A program made the translations under genes and the position numbers. Below the pieces are notes generated by a model, which was not told where the DNA came from, did no database searches, and saw only the letters and a program-made list of their open reading frames with translations. This document shows, in pieces, positions 47,504-60,850 of a DNA stretch of 64,000 nucleotides (positions are counted from its first letter, which is position 1; each line of letters begins with the position of its first letter). The stretch is from Macrostomum hystrix (taxonomy: Eukaryota > Animalia > Platyhelminthes): positions 3,596,001-3,660,000 of the forward strand of contig CATNEN010000030.1 of NCBI GenBank assembly GCA_950097015.1, in the 5' to 3' direction.

Positions 47504-47819
47504 AGCTTTTCTTAGGCTCTTAACATTAAAGCTGCTGTGATAAAAAGTAGAAAGGGTAGAAAATAGTAATTGGGTAGTGAATATCTTTAAAAAAAGTAAT
47601 TCATTTTAGTAATATTGTCACAATAGAAAATAAATGCGTTCGCGTAGAGAGCCTACAAATTTTTCATTTAAAGCCTGTAAATGTGCATTGTACCTTATGC
47701 CTCTCAGAACTGACTTGTTCTTACTCTTAGAACTTACACTCTGGGAGATTAGCCCACGTTCAAATGAAGTCCTCTACATGGAAGAGGATACAGGTGTGGC
47801 TAGAGCTACCACACGGGCC

Positions 47820-50800
47820 AGTAGCTAGATACGGGTGTGACTACTGCACTCATAAGTAGCTAGATACGGGTGTGACTACTGCACTCATAAGTAGCTAGAT
47901 ACGAATGTGGCTACTGCATTAAATTTAGCTAGATACGGGTGTGACTACTGCACTCATAAGTAGCTAGATACGAATGTGGCTACTGCATTAAATTTAGCTA
48001 GATACGAATGTGGCTACTGCATTAAATTTAGCTAGATACGAATGTGGCTACTGCACTCATAAGTAGCTAGATACGGGTGTGACTACTGCACTCATAAGTA
48101 GCTAGATACGAATGTGGCTACTGCATTAAATTTAGCTAGATACGAATGTGGCTACTGCATTAAATTTAGCTAGATACGAATGTGGCTACTGCATAAAATT
48201 TAGCTAGATACGAATGTGGCTACTGCATTAAATTTAGCTAGATACGAATGTGGATACTGCATTAAATTTAGCTAGATACGAATGTGGCTACTGCATTAAA
48301 TTTAGCTAGATACGAATGTGGCTACTGCACTCATAAGTAGCTAGATACGGGTGTGACTACTGCACTCATAAGTAGCTAGATACGAATGTGGCTACTGCAT
48401 TAAATTTAGCTAGATACGAATGTGGCTACTGCATTAAAATTAGCTAGATACGAATGTGGCTACTGCATTAAATTTAGCTAGATACGAATGTGGCTACTGC
48501 ATTAAATTTAGCTAGATACGAATGTGGCTACTGCATAAAATTTAGCTAGATACGAATGTGGCTACTGCATTAAATTTAGCTAGATACGAATGTGGCTACT
48601 GCATTAAATTTAGCTAGATACGAATGTGGCTACTGCATAAAATTTAGCTAGATACGAATGTGGCTACTGCATTAAATTTAGCTAGATACGAATGTGGCTA
48701 CTGCATTAAATTTAGCTAGATACGAATGTGGATACTGCATTAAATTTAGCTAGATACGAATGTGGCTACTGCATTAAATTTAGCTAGATACGAATGTGGC
48801 TACTGCATAAAATTTAGCTAGATACGAATGTGGCTACTGCATTAAATTTAGCTAGATACGAATGTGGCTACTGCATTAAATTTAGCTAGATACGAATGTG
48901 GCTACTGCATTAAATTTAGTTAGATACGAATGTGGCTACTGCATTAAATTTAGCTAGATACGAATGTGGCTACTGCATTAAATTTAGCTAGATACGAATG
49001 TGGCTACTGCATTAAATTTAGCTAGATACGAATGTGGATACTGCATTAAATTTAGCTAGATACGAATGTGGCTACTGCATTAAATTTAGCTAGATACGAA
49101 TGTGGCTACTGCACTCATAAGTAGCTAGATACGGGTGTGACTACTGCACTCATAAGTAGCTAGATACGAATGTGGCTACTGCATTAAATTTAGCTAGATA
49201 CGAATGTGGCTACTGCATTAAATTTAGCTAGATACGAATGTGGCTACTGCATTAAATTTAGCTAGATACGAATGTGGCTACTGCATTAAATTTAGCTAGA
49301 TACGAATGTGGCTACTGCATTAAATTTAGCTAGATACGAATGTGGCTACTGCATTAAATTTAGCTAGATACGAATGTGGATACTGCATTAAATTTAGCTA
49401 GATACGAATGTGGCTACTGCATTAAATTTAGCTAGATACGAATGTGGCTACTGCATTAAATTTAGCTAGATACGAATGTGGCTACTGCATTAAATTTAGC
49501 TAGATACGAATGTGGCTACTGCATTAAATTTAGCTAGATACGAATGTGGCTACTGCATTAAATTTAGCTAGATACGAATGTGGCTACTGCATTAAATTTA
49601 GCTAGATACGAATGTGGCTACTGCATTAAATTTAGCTAGATACGAATGTGGATACTGCATTAAATTTAGCTAGATACGAATGTGGCTACTGCATTAAATT
49701 TAGCTAGATACGAATGTGGCTACTGCATAAAATTTAGCTAGATACGAATGTGGCTACTGCATTAAATTTAGCTAGATACGAATGTGGCTACTGCATTAAA
49801 TTTAGCTAGATACGAATGTGGCTACTGCATTAAATTTAGCTAGATACGAATGTGGCTACTGCATTAAATTTAGCTAGATACGAATGTGGCTACTGCATTA
49901 AATTTAGCTAGATACGAATGTGGCTACTGCATTAAATTTAGCTAGATACGAATGTGGATACTGCATTAAATTTAGCTAGATACGAATGTGGCTACTGCAT
50001 TAAATTTAGCTAGATACGAATGTGGCTACTGCACTCATAAGTAGCTAGATACGGGTGTGACTACTGCACTCATAAGTAGCTAGATACGAATGTGGCTACT
50101 GCATTAAATTTAGCTAGATACGAATGTGGCTACTGCATTAAATTTAGCTAGATACGAATGTGGCTACTGCATTAAATTTAGCTAGATACGAATGTGGCTA
50201 CTGCATTAAATTTAGCTAGATACGAATGTGGCTACTGCATTAAATTTAGCTAGATACGAATGTGGCTACTGCATTAAATTTAGCTAGATACGAATGTGGA
50301 TACTGCATTAAATTTAGCTAGATACGAATGTGGCTACTGCATTAAATTTAGCTAGATACGAATGTGGCTACTGCATTAAATTTAGCTAGATACGAATGTG
50401 GCTACTGCATTAAATTTAGCTAGATACGAATGTGGCTACTGCATTAAATTTAGCTAGATACGAATGTGGCTACTGCATAAAATTTAGCTAGATACGAATG
50501 TGGCTACTGCATTAAATTTAGCTAGATACGAATGTGGCTACTGCATTAAATTTAGCTAGATACGAATGTGGCTACTGCATTAAATTTAGCTAGATACGAA
50601 TGTGGCTACTGCATTAAATTTAGCTAGATACGAATGTGGCTACTGCATTAAATTTAGCTAGATACGAATGTGGCTACTGCATAAAATTTAGCTAGATACG
50701 CATGTGGCTACTGCATTAAATTTAGCTAGATACGAATGTGGCTACTGCATAAAATTTAGCTAGATACGAATGTGGCTACTGCATTAAATTTAGCTAGATA

Positions 50801-52276
50801 CGAATGTGGCTACTGCATAAAATTTAGCTAGATACGAATGTGGCTACTGCATTAAATTTAGCTAGATACGAATGTGGCTACTGCATTAAATTTAGCTAGA
50901 TACGAATGTGGCTACTGCATTAAATTTAGCTAGATACGAATGTGGCTACTGCACTCATAGGTATAGCTAGATACGAATGTGGCTACTGCACTCATAGGTA
51001 TAGCTAGATACGAATGTGGCTACTGCACTCATAAGTAGCTAGATACGAATGTGGCTACTGCACTCATAAGTAGCTAGATACGAATGTGGCTACTGCACTC
51101 ATAGGTATAGCTAGATACGAATGTGGCTACTGCACTCATAGGTATAGCTTGATACGAATGTGGCTACTGCACTCATAAGTAGCTAGATACGAATGTGGCT
51201 ACTGCACTCATAGGTATAGCTAGATACGAATGTGGCTACTGCACTCATAAGTAGCTAGATACGAATGTGGCTACTGCACTCATAGGTATAGCTAGATACG
51301 AATGTGGCTACTGCACTCATAAGTAGCTAGATACGAATGTGGCTACTGCACTCATAGGTATAGCTAGATACGAATGTGGCTACTGCACTCATAAGTAGCT
51401 AGATACGAATGTGGCTACTGCACTCATAGGTATAGCTAGATACGAATGTGGCTACTGCACTCATAAGTAGCTAGATACGAATGTGGCTACTGCACTCATA
51501 GGTATAGCTAGATACGAATGTGACTACTGCACTCATAAGTAGCTAGATACGAATGTGGCTACTGCATTAAATTTAGCTAGATACGAATGTGGCTACTGCA
51601 CTCATAAGTAGCTAGATACGAATGTGGCTACTGCACTCATAGGTATAGCTAGATACGAATGTGGCTACTGCACTCATAGGTATAGCTAGATACGAATGTG
51701 GCTACTGCACTCATAAGTAGCTAGATACGAATGTGGCTACTGCACTCATAAGTAGCTAGATACGAATGTGGCTACTGCACTCATAGGTATAGCTAGATAC
51801 GAATGTGGCTACTGCACTCATAAGTAGCTAGATACGAATGTGGCTACTGCACTCATAGGTATAGCTAGATACGAATGTGGCTACTGCACTCATAAGTAGC
51901 TAGATACGAATGTGGCTACTGCACTCATAGGTATAGCTAGATACGAATGTGGCTACTGCACTCATAAGTAGCTAGATACGAATGTGGCTACTGCACTCAT
52001 AGGTATAGCTAGATACGAATGTGGCTACTGCACTCATAGGTATAGCTAGATACGAATGTGGCTACTGCACTCATAAGTAGCTAGATACGAATGTGGCTAC
52101 TGCACTCATAAGTAGCTAGATACGAATGTGGCTACTGCACTCATAAGTAGCTAGATACGAATGTGGCTACTGCACACATAAGTAGCTAGATACGAATGTG
52201 GCTACTGCACTCATAGGTATAGCTAGATACGAATGTGGCTACTGCACTCATAAGCAGCTAGATACGAATGTGGCTA
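47820..52276. repeat. 34/35/37-bp minisatellite (core AGCTAGATACGAATGTGGCTACTGCA), about 128 copies
   Basis: Directly visible. The linker variants are TTAAATTT, CTCATAAGT and CTCATAGGTAT. Confidence 0.98.
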
Positions 52277-52833
52277 CTGCACTCATAAGTAGCTAGAAAA
52301 GTAGGCACAATTGATAAATGAATAAAGCAAAACAGAAATCTAGCATTAATAATATTACTGATCCGGCAATCAAAGATGCTAAAAAGGCTGTCACAGAGTA
52401 GAGCGGGCAGAGAGGTGCATGTGCATATATTTATTCTGGGAGTTTTACACAGCGCACTCTGCTTTTAACGCTTTGACATTTGACAATTCTGAATCACTCG
52501 ATAGGGCGCAGGTGTTCACTGTGCATTCTTATTTCAGTAATCGGGCAAAAAATAATTTGAAAAGTTTTTTTTGTTGCAGCAAAACAGTCAGATAAAAGAG
52601 AGATAGAGAGAAAAGCAACATGAGTAGACAAAAACACAAAGCTTTTGCAGATCGATCTGATAAACACGCACAAGAAATGCATGCGCTCAAATATACTCAC
52701 TGATTTTCACTGCTTCAATACGTATTTATAAATAGCTGATTGGGGCCTAAGAACGCCCTGGCAACCCCTATTTTAGATCGCACACCTCCGCACTAGTCCG
52801 AATTTGTCAATCATGCTGGGACCCCCTAGCACC

Positions 52834-55800
52834 TCACTTGAGCCTAGCCTCGTTGTCCCGCGCAATCTCCCTAGTGAGGCGCTCCTTATATGAGAAGATG
52901 TCGCCCTCCCACTTCGTGACCTTGCAGTTGTCGCACACCCAGATCTCCTCAGCAACCTGTTGGATTAGCCTGAAGTCGTGACTAACAAGCAGCAGGCCGC
53001 CTTCGAACTCGTTGATGGCGTCGGCCAGGGCGTCGATAGTTTCGATGTCCAGATGATTGGTCGGCTCGTCCAGCAGTAGCATATGCGGCGTCTTATTAGC
53101 TAACCACGCAAAGATAATACGGCAGCGCTGACCATCGGACAAGGTGCGAATCGGACACACCTGCTGGGCCCCGGTGAGGCCGTAGCGACCCAGAATCTTG
53201 CGCATCTCGTCCCTCTCTGTCACCTCCGGGAATTGCTGCATCATCCAGTCAAGAGAGGTGAACGAAATGTCCAGCATCTCGTGCAGGTGCTGATGATACC
53301 GACCGATGCGGACGTGCGAGTGCCGCCGAATCAGACCGTCGGTTGGCTGCAGCTCGCCAGCGATAAGCTTCAGCAGTGTACTCTTGCCTGTTGGTGTTTT
53401 GGGAATTTCAAGGAGTCAATTTTGTGAATCACGGTTTACTGTTTCAATGACTAACTATGACCTCTTCATGATGTCAAAAAATTCCTGACTTTCATAATGT
53501 CAAACAGTGTCTATGACCGTTTCAGGATGTCAAACAATTGTCTATGACTGTTTCAGGATGTCAAACAGTGTCTATGACTGTTTCAGGATGTCAAACAATT
53601 GTCTATGACTGTTTCAGGATGTCAAACAACGTCTATGACTGTTTCAGGATGTCAAACAATTGTCTATGACTGTTTCAGGATGTCAAAAAATTGTCTATGA
53701 CTGTTTCAGGATGTCAAACAATTGTCTATGACTGTTTCAGGATGTCAAACAATTGTCTATGACTGTTTCAGGATGTCAAACAGTGTCTATGATTGTTTCA
53801 GGATTTCAAACAATCGTCTATGACTGTTTCAGGATGTCAAACAACGTCTATGACTGTTTCATGATGTTAAACAACGTCTATGACTGTTTCAGGATGTCAA
53901 ACAACGTCTATGACTGTTTCATGATGTTAAACAACGTCTATGACTGTTTCATGATGTTAAACAACGTCTATGACTGTTTCAGGATGTCAAACAGTGTCTA
54001 TGACTGTTTCAGGATGTCAAACAATTGTCTATGACTGTTTCAGGATGTCAAACAGTGTCTATGATTGTTTCAGAATGTCAAACAATTGTCTATGACTGTT
54101 TCAGGATGTCAAACAATTGTCTATGACTGTTTCAGGGGTGTCAAACAATTGTCTATGACTGTTTCAGGATGTCAAACAATTGGATCAATGATTGTTTCAG
54201 GATGTCAAACAATTGTCTATGACTGTTTCAGGATGTCAAACCATTGTCTATGACTGTTTCAGAATGTCAAACAATTGTCTATGACTGTTTCAGGATGTCA
54301 AACCATTGTCTATGACTGTTTCAGAATGTCAAACAATTGTCTATGACTGTTTCAGGATGTCAAACAATTGTCTATCACTGTTTCAGGGGTGTCAAACAAT
54401 TGTCTATGACTGTTTCAGGATGTCAAACAATTGGATCAATGATTGTTTCAGGATGTCAAACAATTGTCTATGACTGTTTCAGGATGTCAAACAATTGTCT
54501 ATGACTGTTTCAGGATGTCAAACAATTGTCTATCACTGTTTCAGGGGTGTCAAACAATTGTCTATGACTGTTTCAGGATGTCAAACAATTGGATCAATGA
54601 TTGTTTCAGGATGTCAAACAATTGTCTATGACTGTTTCAGGATGTCAACAATTGTCTATGACTGTTTCAGGATGTCAAACCATTGTCTATGACTGTTTCA
54701 GAATGTCAAACAATTGTCTATGACTGTTTCAGGATGTCAAACAATTGTCTATCACTGTTTCAGGGGTGTCAAACAATTGTCTATGACTGTTTCAGGATGT
54801 CAAACAATTGGATCAATGATTGTTTCAGGATGTCAAACAATTGTCTATGACTGTTTCAGGATGTCAAACAATTGTCTATGACTGTTTCAGGATGTCAAAC
54901 AATTGTCTATCACTGTTTCAGGGGTGTCAAACAATTGTCTATGACTGTTTCAGGATGTCAAACAATTGGATCAATGATTGTTTCAGGATGTCAAACAATT
55001 GTCTATGACTGTTTCAGGATGTCAACAATTGTCTATGACTGTTTCAGGATGTCAAACAATTGTCTATGACTGCTTCAGGATGTCAAACAATTGTCTATGA
55101 CTGTTTCAGAATGTCAAACAATTGTCTATGACTGTTTCAGAATGTCAAACAATTGTCTATGACTGTTTCAGAATGTCAAACAATTGTCTATGACTGTTTC
55201 AGGATGTCAAACAATTGTCTATGACTGTTTCAGGATGTCAAACAATTGTCTATGACTGTTTCAGGATGTCAAACAATTGTCTATGACTGTTTCAGGATGT
55301 CAAACAATTGTCTATGACTGTTTCAGGATGTCAAACAATTGTCTATGACTGTTTCAGGATGTCAAACAATTGTCTATGACTGTTTCAGGATGTCAAACAA
55401 TTGTCTATGACTGTTTCAGGATGTCAAACAATTGTCTATGACTGTTTCAGGATGTCAAACAATTGTCTATGACTGTTTCAGGATGTCAAACAATTGGATC
55501 AATGATTGTTTCAGGATGTCAAACAATTGTCTATGACTGTTTCAGGATGTCAAACAATTGGATCAATGATTGTTTCAGGATGTCAAACAATTGTCTATGA
55601 CTGTTTTCAGGATGTCAAACAATTGTCTATGACTGTTTCAGGATGTCAAACAATTGTCTATCACTGTTTCAGGGGTGTCAAACAATTGTCTATGACTGTT
55701 TCAGGATGTCAAACAATTGGATCAATGATTGTTTCAGGATGTCAACAATTGTCTATGACTGTTTCAGGATGTCAACAATTGTCTATGACTGTTTCAGGAT

Positions 55801-58800
55801 GTCAAACATTGTCTATGACTGTTTCAGGATGTCAACAAATTGTCTATGACTGTTTCAGTATGTCAAACAATTGTCTATGACTGTTTCAGGATGTCAAACA
55901 ATTGTCTATGACTGTTTCAGGATGTCAACAATTGTCTATGACTGTTTTCAGGATGTCAAACAATTGTCTATGACTGTTTCAGGATGTCAAACAATTGTCT
56001 ATGACTGTTTCAGGATGTCAAACAATTGTCTATGACTGTTTCAGGAGGTCAAACAATTGTCTATGACTGTTTCAGGATGTCAAACAATTGTCTATGACTG
56101 TTTCAGGATGTCAAACAATTGTCTATGACTGTTTCAGGATGTCAAACAATTGTCTATGACTGTTTCAGGATGTCAAACAATTGTCTATGACTGTTTCAGG
56201 ATGTCAAACAATTGTCTATGACTGTTTCAGGATGTCAAACAATTGTCTATGACTGTTTCAGGATGTCAAACAATTGTCTATGACTGTTTCAGGATGTCAA
56301 ACAATTGTCTATGACTGTTTCAGGATGTCAAACAATTGTCTATGACTGTTTCAGGATGTCAAACAATTGTCTATGACTGTTTCAGGATGTCAAACAATTG
56401 TCTATGACTGTTTCAGGATGTCAAACAATTGTCTATGACTGTTTCAGGATGTCAAACAATTGTCTATGACTGTTTCAGATGTCAAACAATTGTCTATGAC
56501 TGTTTCAGGATGTCAAACAATTGTCTATGACTGTTTCAGGATGTCAAACAATTGTCTATGACTGTTTCAGGATGTCAAACAATTGTCTATGACTGTTTCA
56601 GGATGTCAAACAATTGTCTATGACTGTTTCAGGAATGTCAAACAATTGTCTATGACTGTTTCAGGATGTCAAACAATTGTCTATGACTGTTTCAGGATGT
56701 CAAACAATTGTCTATGACTGTTTCAGGATGTCAAACAATTGTCTATGACTGTTTCAGGATGTCAAACAATTGTCTATGACTGTTTCAGGATGTCAAACAA
56801 TTGTCTATGACTGTTTCAGGATGTCAAACAATTGTCTATGACTGTTTCAGGATGTCAAACAATTGTCTATGACTGTTTCAGGATGTCAAACAATTGTCTA
56901 TGACTGTTTCAGGATGTCAAACAATTGTCTATGACTGTTTCAGGATGTCAAACAATTGTCTATGACTGTTTCAGGATGTCAAACAATTGTCTATGACTGT
57001 TTCAGGATGTCAAACAATTGTCTATGACTGTTTCAGGATGTCAAACAATTGTCTATGACTGTTTCAGGATGTCAAACAATTGTCTATGACTGTTTCAGAT
57101 GTCAAACAATTGTCTATGACTGTTTTCAGATGTCAAACAATTGTCTATGACTGTTTCAGAATGTCAAACAATTGTCTATGACTGTTTCAGAATGTCAAAC
57201 AATTGTCTATGACTGTTTCAGGATGTCAAACAATTGTCTATGACTGTTTCAGGATGTCAAACAATTGTCTATGACTGTTTCAGGATGTCAAACAATTGTC
57301 TATGACTGTTTCAGGATGTCAAACAATTGTCTATGACTGTTTCAGGATGTCAAACAATTGTCTATGACTGTTTCAGAATGTCAAACAATTGTCTATGACT
57401 GTTTCAGAATGTCAAACAATTGTCTATGACTGTTTCAGAATGTCAAACAATTGTCTATGACTGTTTCAGGATGTCAAACAATTGTCTATGACTGTTTCAG
57501 AATGTCAAACAATTGTCTATGACTGTTTCAGAATGTCAAACAATGTGTGACTGCTTCATATTGACTAATAATCTAGACTACCAAAGTCATAGCGCCATTC
57601 TCCATGTAGCCCAGTGATAAGAGCTTAGGACTTCTGACCAAGAGGTCCAGAGTTCGAAAGCCCTGAAAAACAATTTATGTCCTTCAATAGGTCCCCATTG
57701 CGGCAGGTCACCTAACTAAAAAAAAGGGAAACAGCAATAGCTAGAGTGTAGAAATTTGAGTAGGTGTGACGGCCTGCCCAGTCCACGGACTGAATAGCCG
57801 TACGCAGCGTTGGAAACGCCACAATTTATACAATGCATTCTCAATCATACAGCAAAACATTCACTGCATGCAGAAACTAACCAGCTCCGTTGGGACCGAC
57901 TAGAGCAGCCCGGGTGTCCAAATCCACGCCGAAGTCCAAGTCCTTGTAGATTAGCGGCTTGCCAGGGGCGTACTGAAAGCTCACGTGCTGAATCATGATG
58001 ACCGGAGGCGGAATCGTACCGCAGTCGGGAAAATAGAAGGTGACAGTCTTGTCGTGCACCACCCTCTCAGTGAGGCCCTTGTCTACCATCTTGGCTAGGG
58101 TTTTCTCCTTGCTCTGGGCTTGGCGCGCCAGCTTAGCTGATCCGTGGCCAAACCTGGCTATGTAATTCTTCATATTGGAGATCTGGCCCTGCTCCCATTT
58201 GAATCGCTTCATCTGGTTCTCCTCCAGTTCCAGTCGGGTCTGCACGTACTGGTCATAGTTGCCGCCGTAGTAGATCAGGCGCTTCTTGCGCATGTGAATG
58301 ATGTTAGTGCAGACACCGTTGAGAAAGTCCTGCGAATGGCTGATGATAACCAGGATGCGTTTGTACTGCTTCAGCTCCTCTTCAAGCCAGACGCACGCGT
58401 TTAAATCCAGGTGGTTAGTGGGCTCGTCCAGCATCAGTAGGTGCGGCTTAAGGAATAGCGCCCTAGCCAGGGAGATGCGCATGCGCCAGCCTCCACTGAA
58501 GTGCTTCACCTGGATGGAGATTGTTGCACACGGAAATGGCTAGATACAACTTGGTCCTAGTCTCATTGGTCGAATTTATGATTGGTTGAGTTTTTGAACT
58601 AGATTCAATGGACATGTTTGATTGGTTTGAGTTTCTGAACTAGATTCAATGGACATGTCTGATTGGTTGAGTTTCTGAACTAGATTCAATGGACATGTCT
58701 GAATCTGATTGGTTGAGTTTCTGAACTAGATTCAATGGACACGTCTGATTGGTTGAGTTTCTGGACTTGATTCAATGGGCATATCTGATTGGTTTGAGTT

Positions 58801-59953
58801 TCTGGACTAGATTCAATGGACATGTCTGATTGGTTTGACTTTCTGGACTAGATTCAATGGGCATATCTGATTGGTTTGAGTTTCTGGACTGGATTCAATG
58901 GGCATGTCTGATTGGTTTGAGTTTCTGGACTAGATTCAATGGACATGTCTGATTGGTTTGACTTTCTGGACTAGATTCAATGGACATGTCTGATTGGTTG
59001 AGTTTCTGGACTGGATTCAATGGGCATATCTGATTGGTTTGAGTTTCTGGACTGGATTCAATGGGCATATCTGATTGGTTTGAGTTTCTGGACTGGATTC
59101 AATGGGCATGTCTGATTGGTTAAGTTTCCAACTACGGGCACACTGCTAACAGCAAAAGCCTGACCTGCTTGTCCTGCATCTCGGGCGTGAAGCCCAGACC
59201 GTGGAGAATCTCGGCAGCCCTGGTGGCCGCCTTGTCAGCGTCCAGCTCTTCCAGGCGCTCGTAGGCCTCCATGAGCCGTTCGTGCGATTCTTGATCATCG
59301 CGCAGTGCCAAAGCATTAGCCTCCTCTTCCAGACGGACTCGCTCCTCGTCCACCTCCATGACGCACTCGATGGCGGTCTTATCAGACGGCGCCATCTCGC
59401 GCTGCAATAGAAAAATATCCAAATGAGACTGCACTGGCAGTTCCCTATTAGCCAATGCGGCCAGCAGTGTACTCTTGCCGCAGCCGTTCAAGCCAATCAG
59501 ACCGTAGCGCCGGCCGCAGTTGAGCTCGAGTCTGGTGTCCTGCAGCAACTCCTGGCCGTGGAAGGTGATGCTGAGATTTGAAACGTGAATGTCGCGAGAG
59601 TCCGGATGGCTGGCCAAGACGCCGGTGCAGGCGCGATGGGCCACCACGCGATCCGATAAAAGATTCAGCGTCTCAATCTCGTTGGCTAACGCGGTGGGCA
59701 TGTCATCGTCGGAGCCCATAAAATCTTCGTCTTTGCTCCTGCTGCCGCCGCCACCATTAGCCGAGGCTGAGGCGGCTGCGGATTCGCCAGCTTCCGCTCC
59801 GTTTAGTCCAGTCTCTGGCGTCTCATCCCCAGCGGCACTGCCAGCTTCATCTTCGTCATCGCGCAGTTGTTGCTGCAAGGGCTTCTTGGTGTCTTTGCGC
59901 TTGGCTGCTTCTTTTTTAGCCTGGGCTCGCTTCTTCTTGTGATCGGAAGGCAT
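52834..59953 (-). CDS. ABCF2: ABC-F family translation-associated ATPase ABCF2, about 656 aa
   Basis: Exons 59953-59165, 58509-57882 and 53387-52834 (phases 0 and 1; 1971 nt). The N-terminus is MPSD..KK.A..KKEAAK. Both ABC cassettes are present: GLNGCGKST / FSGGWRMR / [11 protein letters not shown] and GPNGA|GKST / LSDGQR / [11 protein letters not shown]. There are no transmembrane segments. Confidence 0.96.
53440..57552. repeat. 31-bp minisatellite (AAACAATTGTCTATGACTGTTTCAGGATGTC), about 133 copies, filling ABCF2 intron 2
   Basis: Directly visible, with 30-bp variants near the left end and scattered 1-bp indels. Confidence 0.98.
57599..57812 (+). mobile_element. Diverged SINE copy in ABCF2 intron 2
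   Basis: GTAGCCCAGTGATAAGAGC...GAGTTCGAAAGCCC head, with a 3' part CCCAGTCCACGGACTGAATAGCCGTACGCAGC matching the family. Confidence 0.65.
58575..59127. repeat. 40-41-bp tandem repeat, about 14 copies, filling ABCF2 intron 1
   Basis: TCTGATTGGTT(T)GAGTTTCTG(A/G)ACTAGATTCAATGGACATG repeated. Confidence 0.96.
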
Positions 59954-60539
59954 GTTTGGTCTCGTCTGTAGTTTAATTATTCAGTCAGCTGTTGCTAGAG
60001 CAACTGGAAATGTTGCTGAAATTTATTAAAACTATATATCCGTTTTTGGCACTTTTTGCTTACCTTAGTATAATGTTGTAAATGCTTTGTTAATAACTGC
60101 ATGTATCTTGTTTCAATAATTTTCAATTATCAATTTACTATTACATAAATGTACTAGGCCTGGCATATCATTTCAATTTATATTAGACAACAAACTAACC
60201 AGCTATGTTAGCCAAGAATTATTTTTTAAAGTGTTGTACTGCAGTATACATTATATACAAGAACCCATAAAACTATATTAGAGATATCTTTTTGCTTTAT
60301 ATACTAATGTTACATAATTTTTTTAATAAATCTTATCTTATACTTTCTTGCGCATCATGCTATCAATTGTAAGTATGATTAGCATAATATTTTTTCTGCT
60401 AGTTAGGGCTAATAGCTCATATTTTAAACGACATACTTAGCTGCTTAAAGTAGTAAGTTTTTGTCCCTTTTAGTAAAACATTTATTTTAATCTCCCTTGT
60501 TTCTTTAGTTTGCAGTGTATTTTCAGCCACAAAATAAGC

Positions 60540-60850
60540 AATAATAAAAATAATTATTACACCTACCCCAATTGGGCACAGATATACAGCCAACAGCACA
60601 GCTACAGCTTTTGAATGGCATATCTAAAAGCAACGTACAGCTGTTCTGTCTATAGACATGGGAATGCCACATTTCCCTCAATTACCCCAGCTATTACTGG
60701 TACACATTTAACAGCTGGGTGAACTGAACTGAAGCAATGCAGGTTTAAGTGTCTTGCTAAAGGACACTAAAGGTTCCAGTGGAATTTGGAATTGAACTCC
60801 CTGATCTTTAAGAGTAGCCAATCATTTTGGACATACCATTATGGCCTAAA
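60540..60850 (-). mobile_element. Near-full-length, diverged SINE copy
   Basis: CCCCAATTGGGCACAGAT...CAATTACCCCAGCT...ATTTAACAGCTGGGTGAACTGAA...GCAATGCAGG...AAGTGTCTTGCTAAAGGAC is colinear with 37700-37900. Confidence 0.8.

Noticed and set aside
53753-55880. Multiple short ORFs (MTVSGCQT...) and the 39007/39027 and 42628 ORFs
   Set aside because: They are translations of intronic minisatellites.
361-59127. Repeat unit lengths tuned to the DNA helical period (20, 31, 31, 40-41 bp)
   Set aside because: Other units (9, 13-14, 17, 18, 34-37 bp) do not fit, and the sample is too small.
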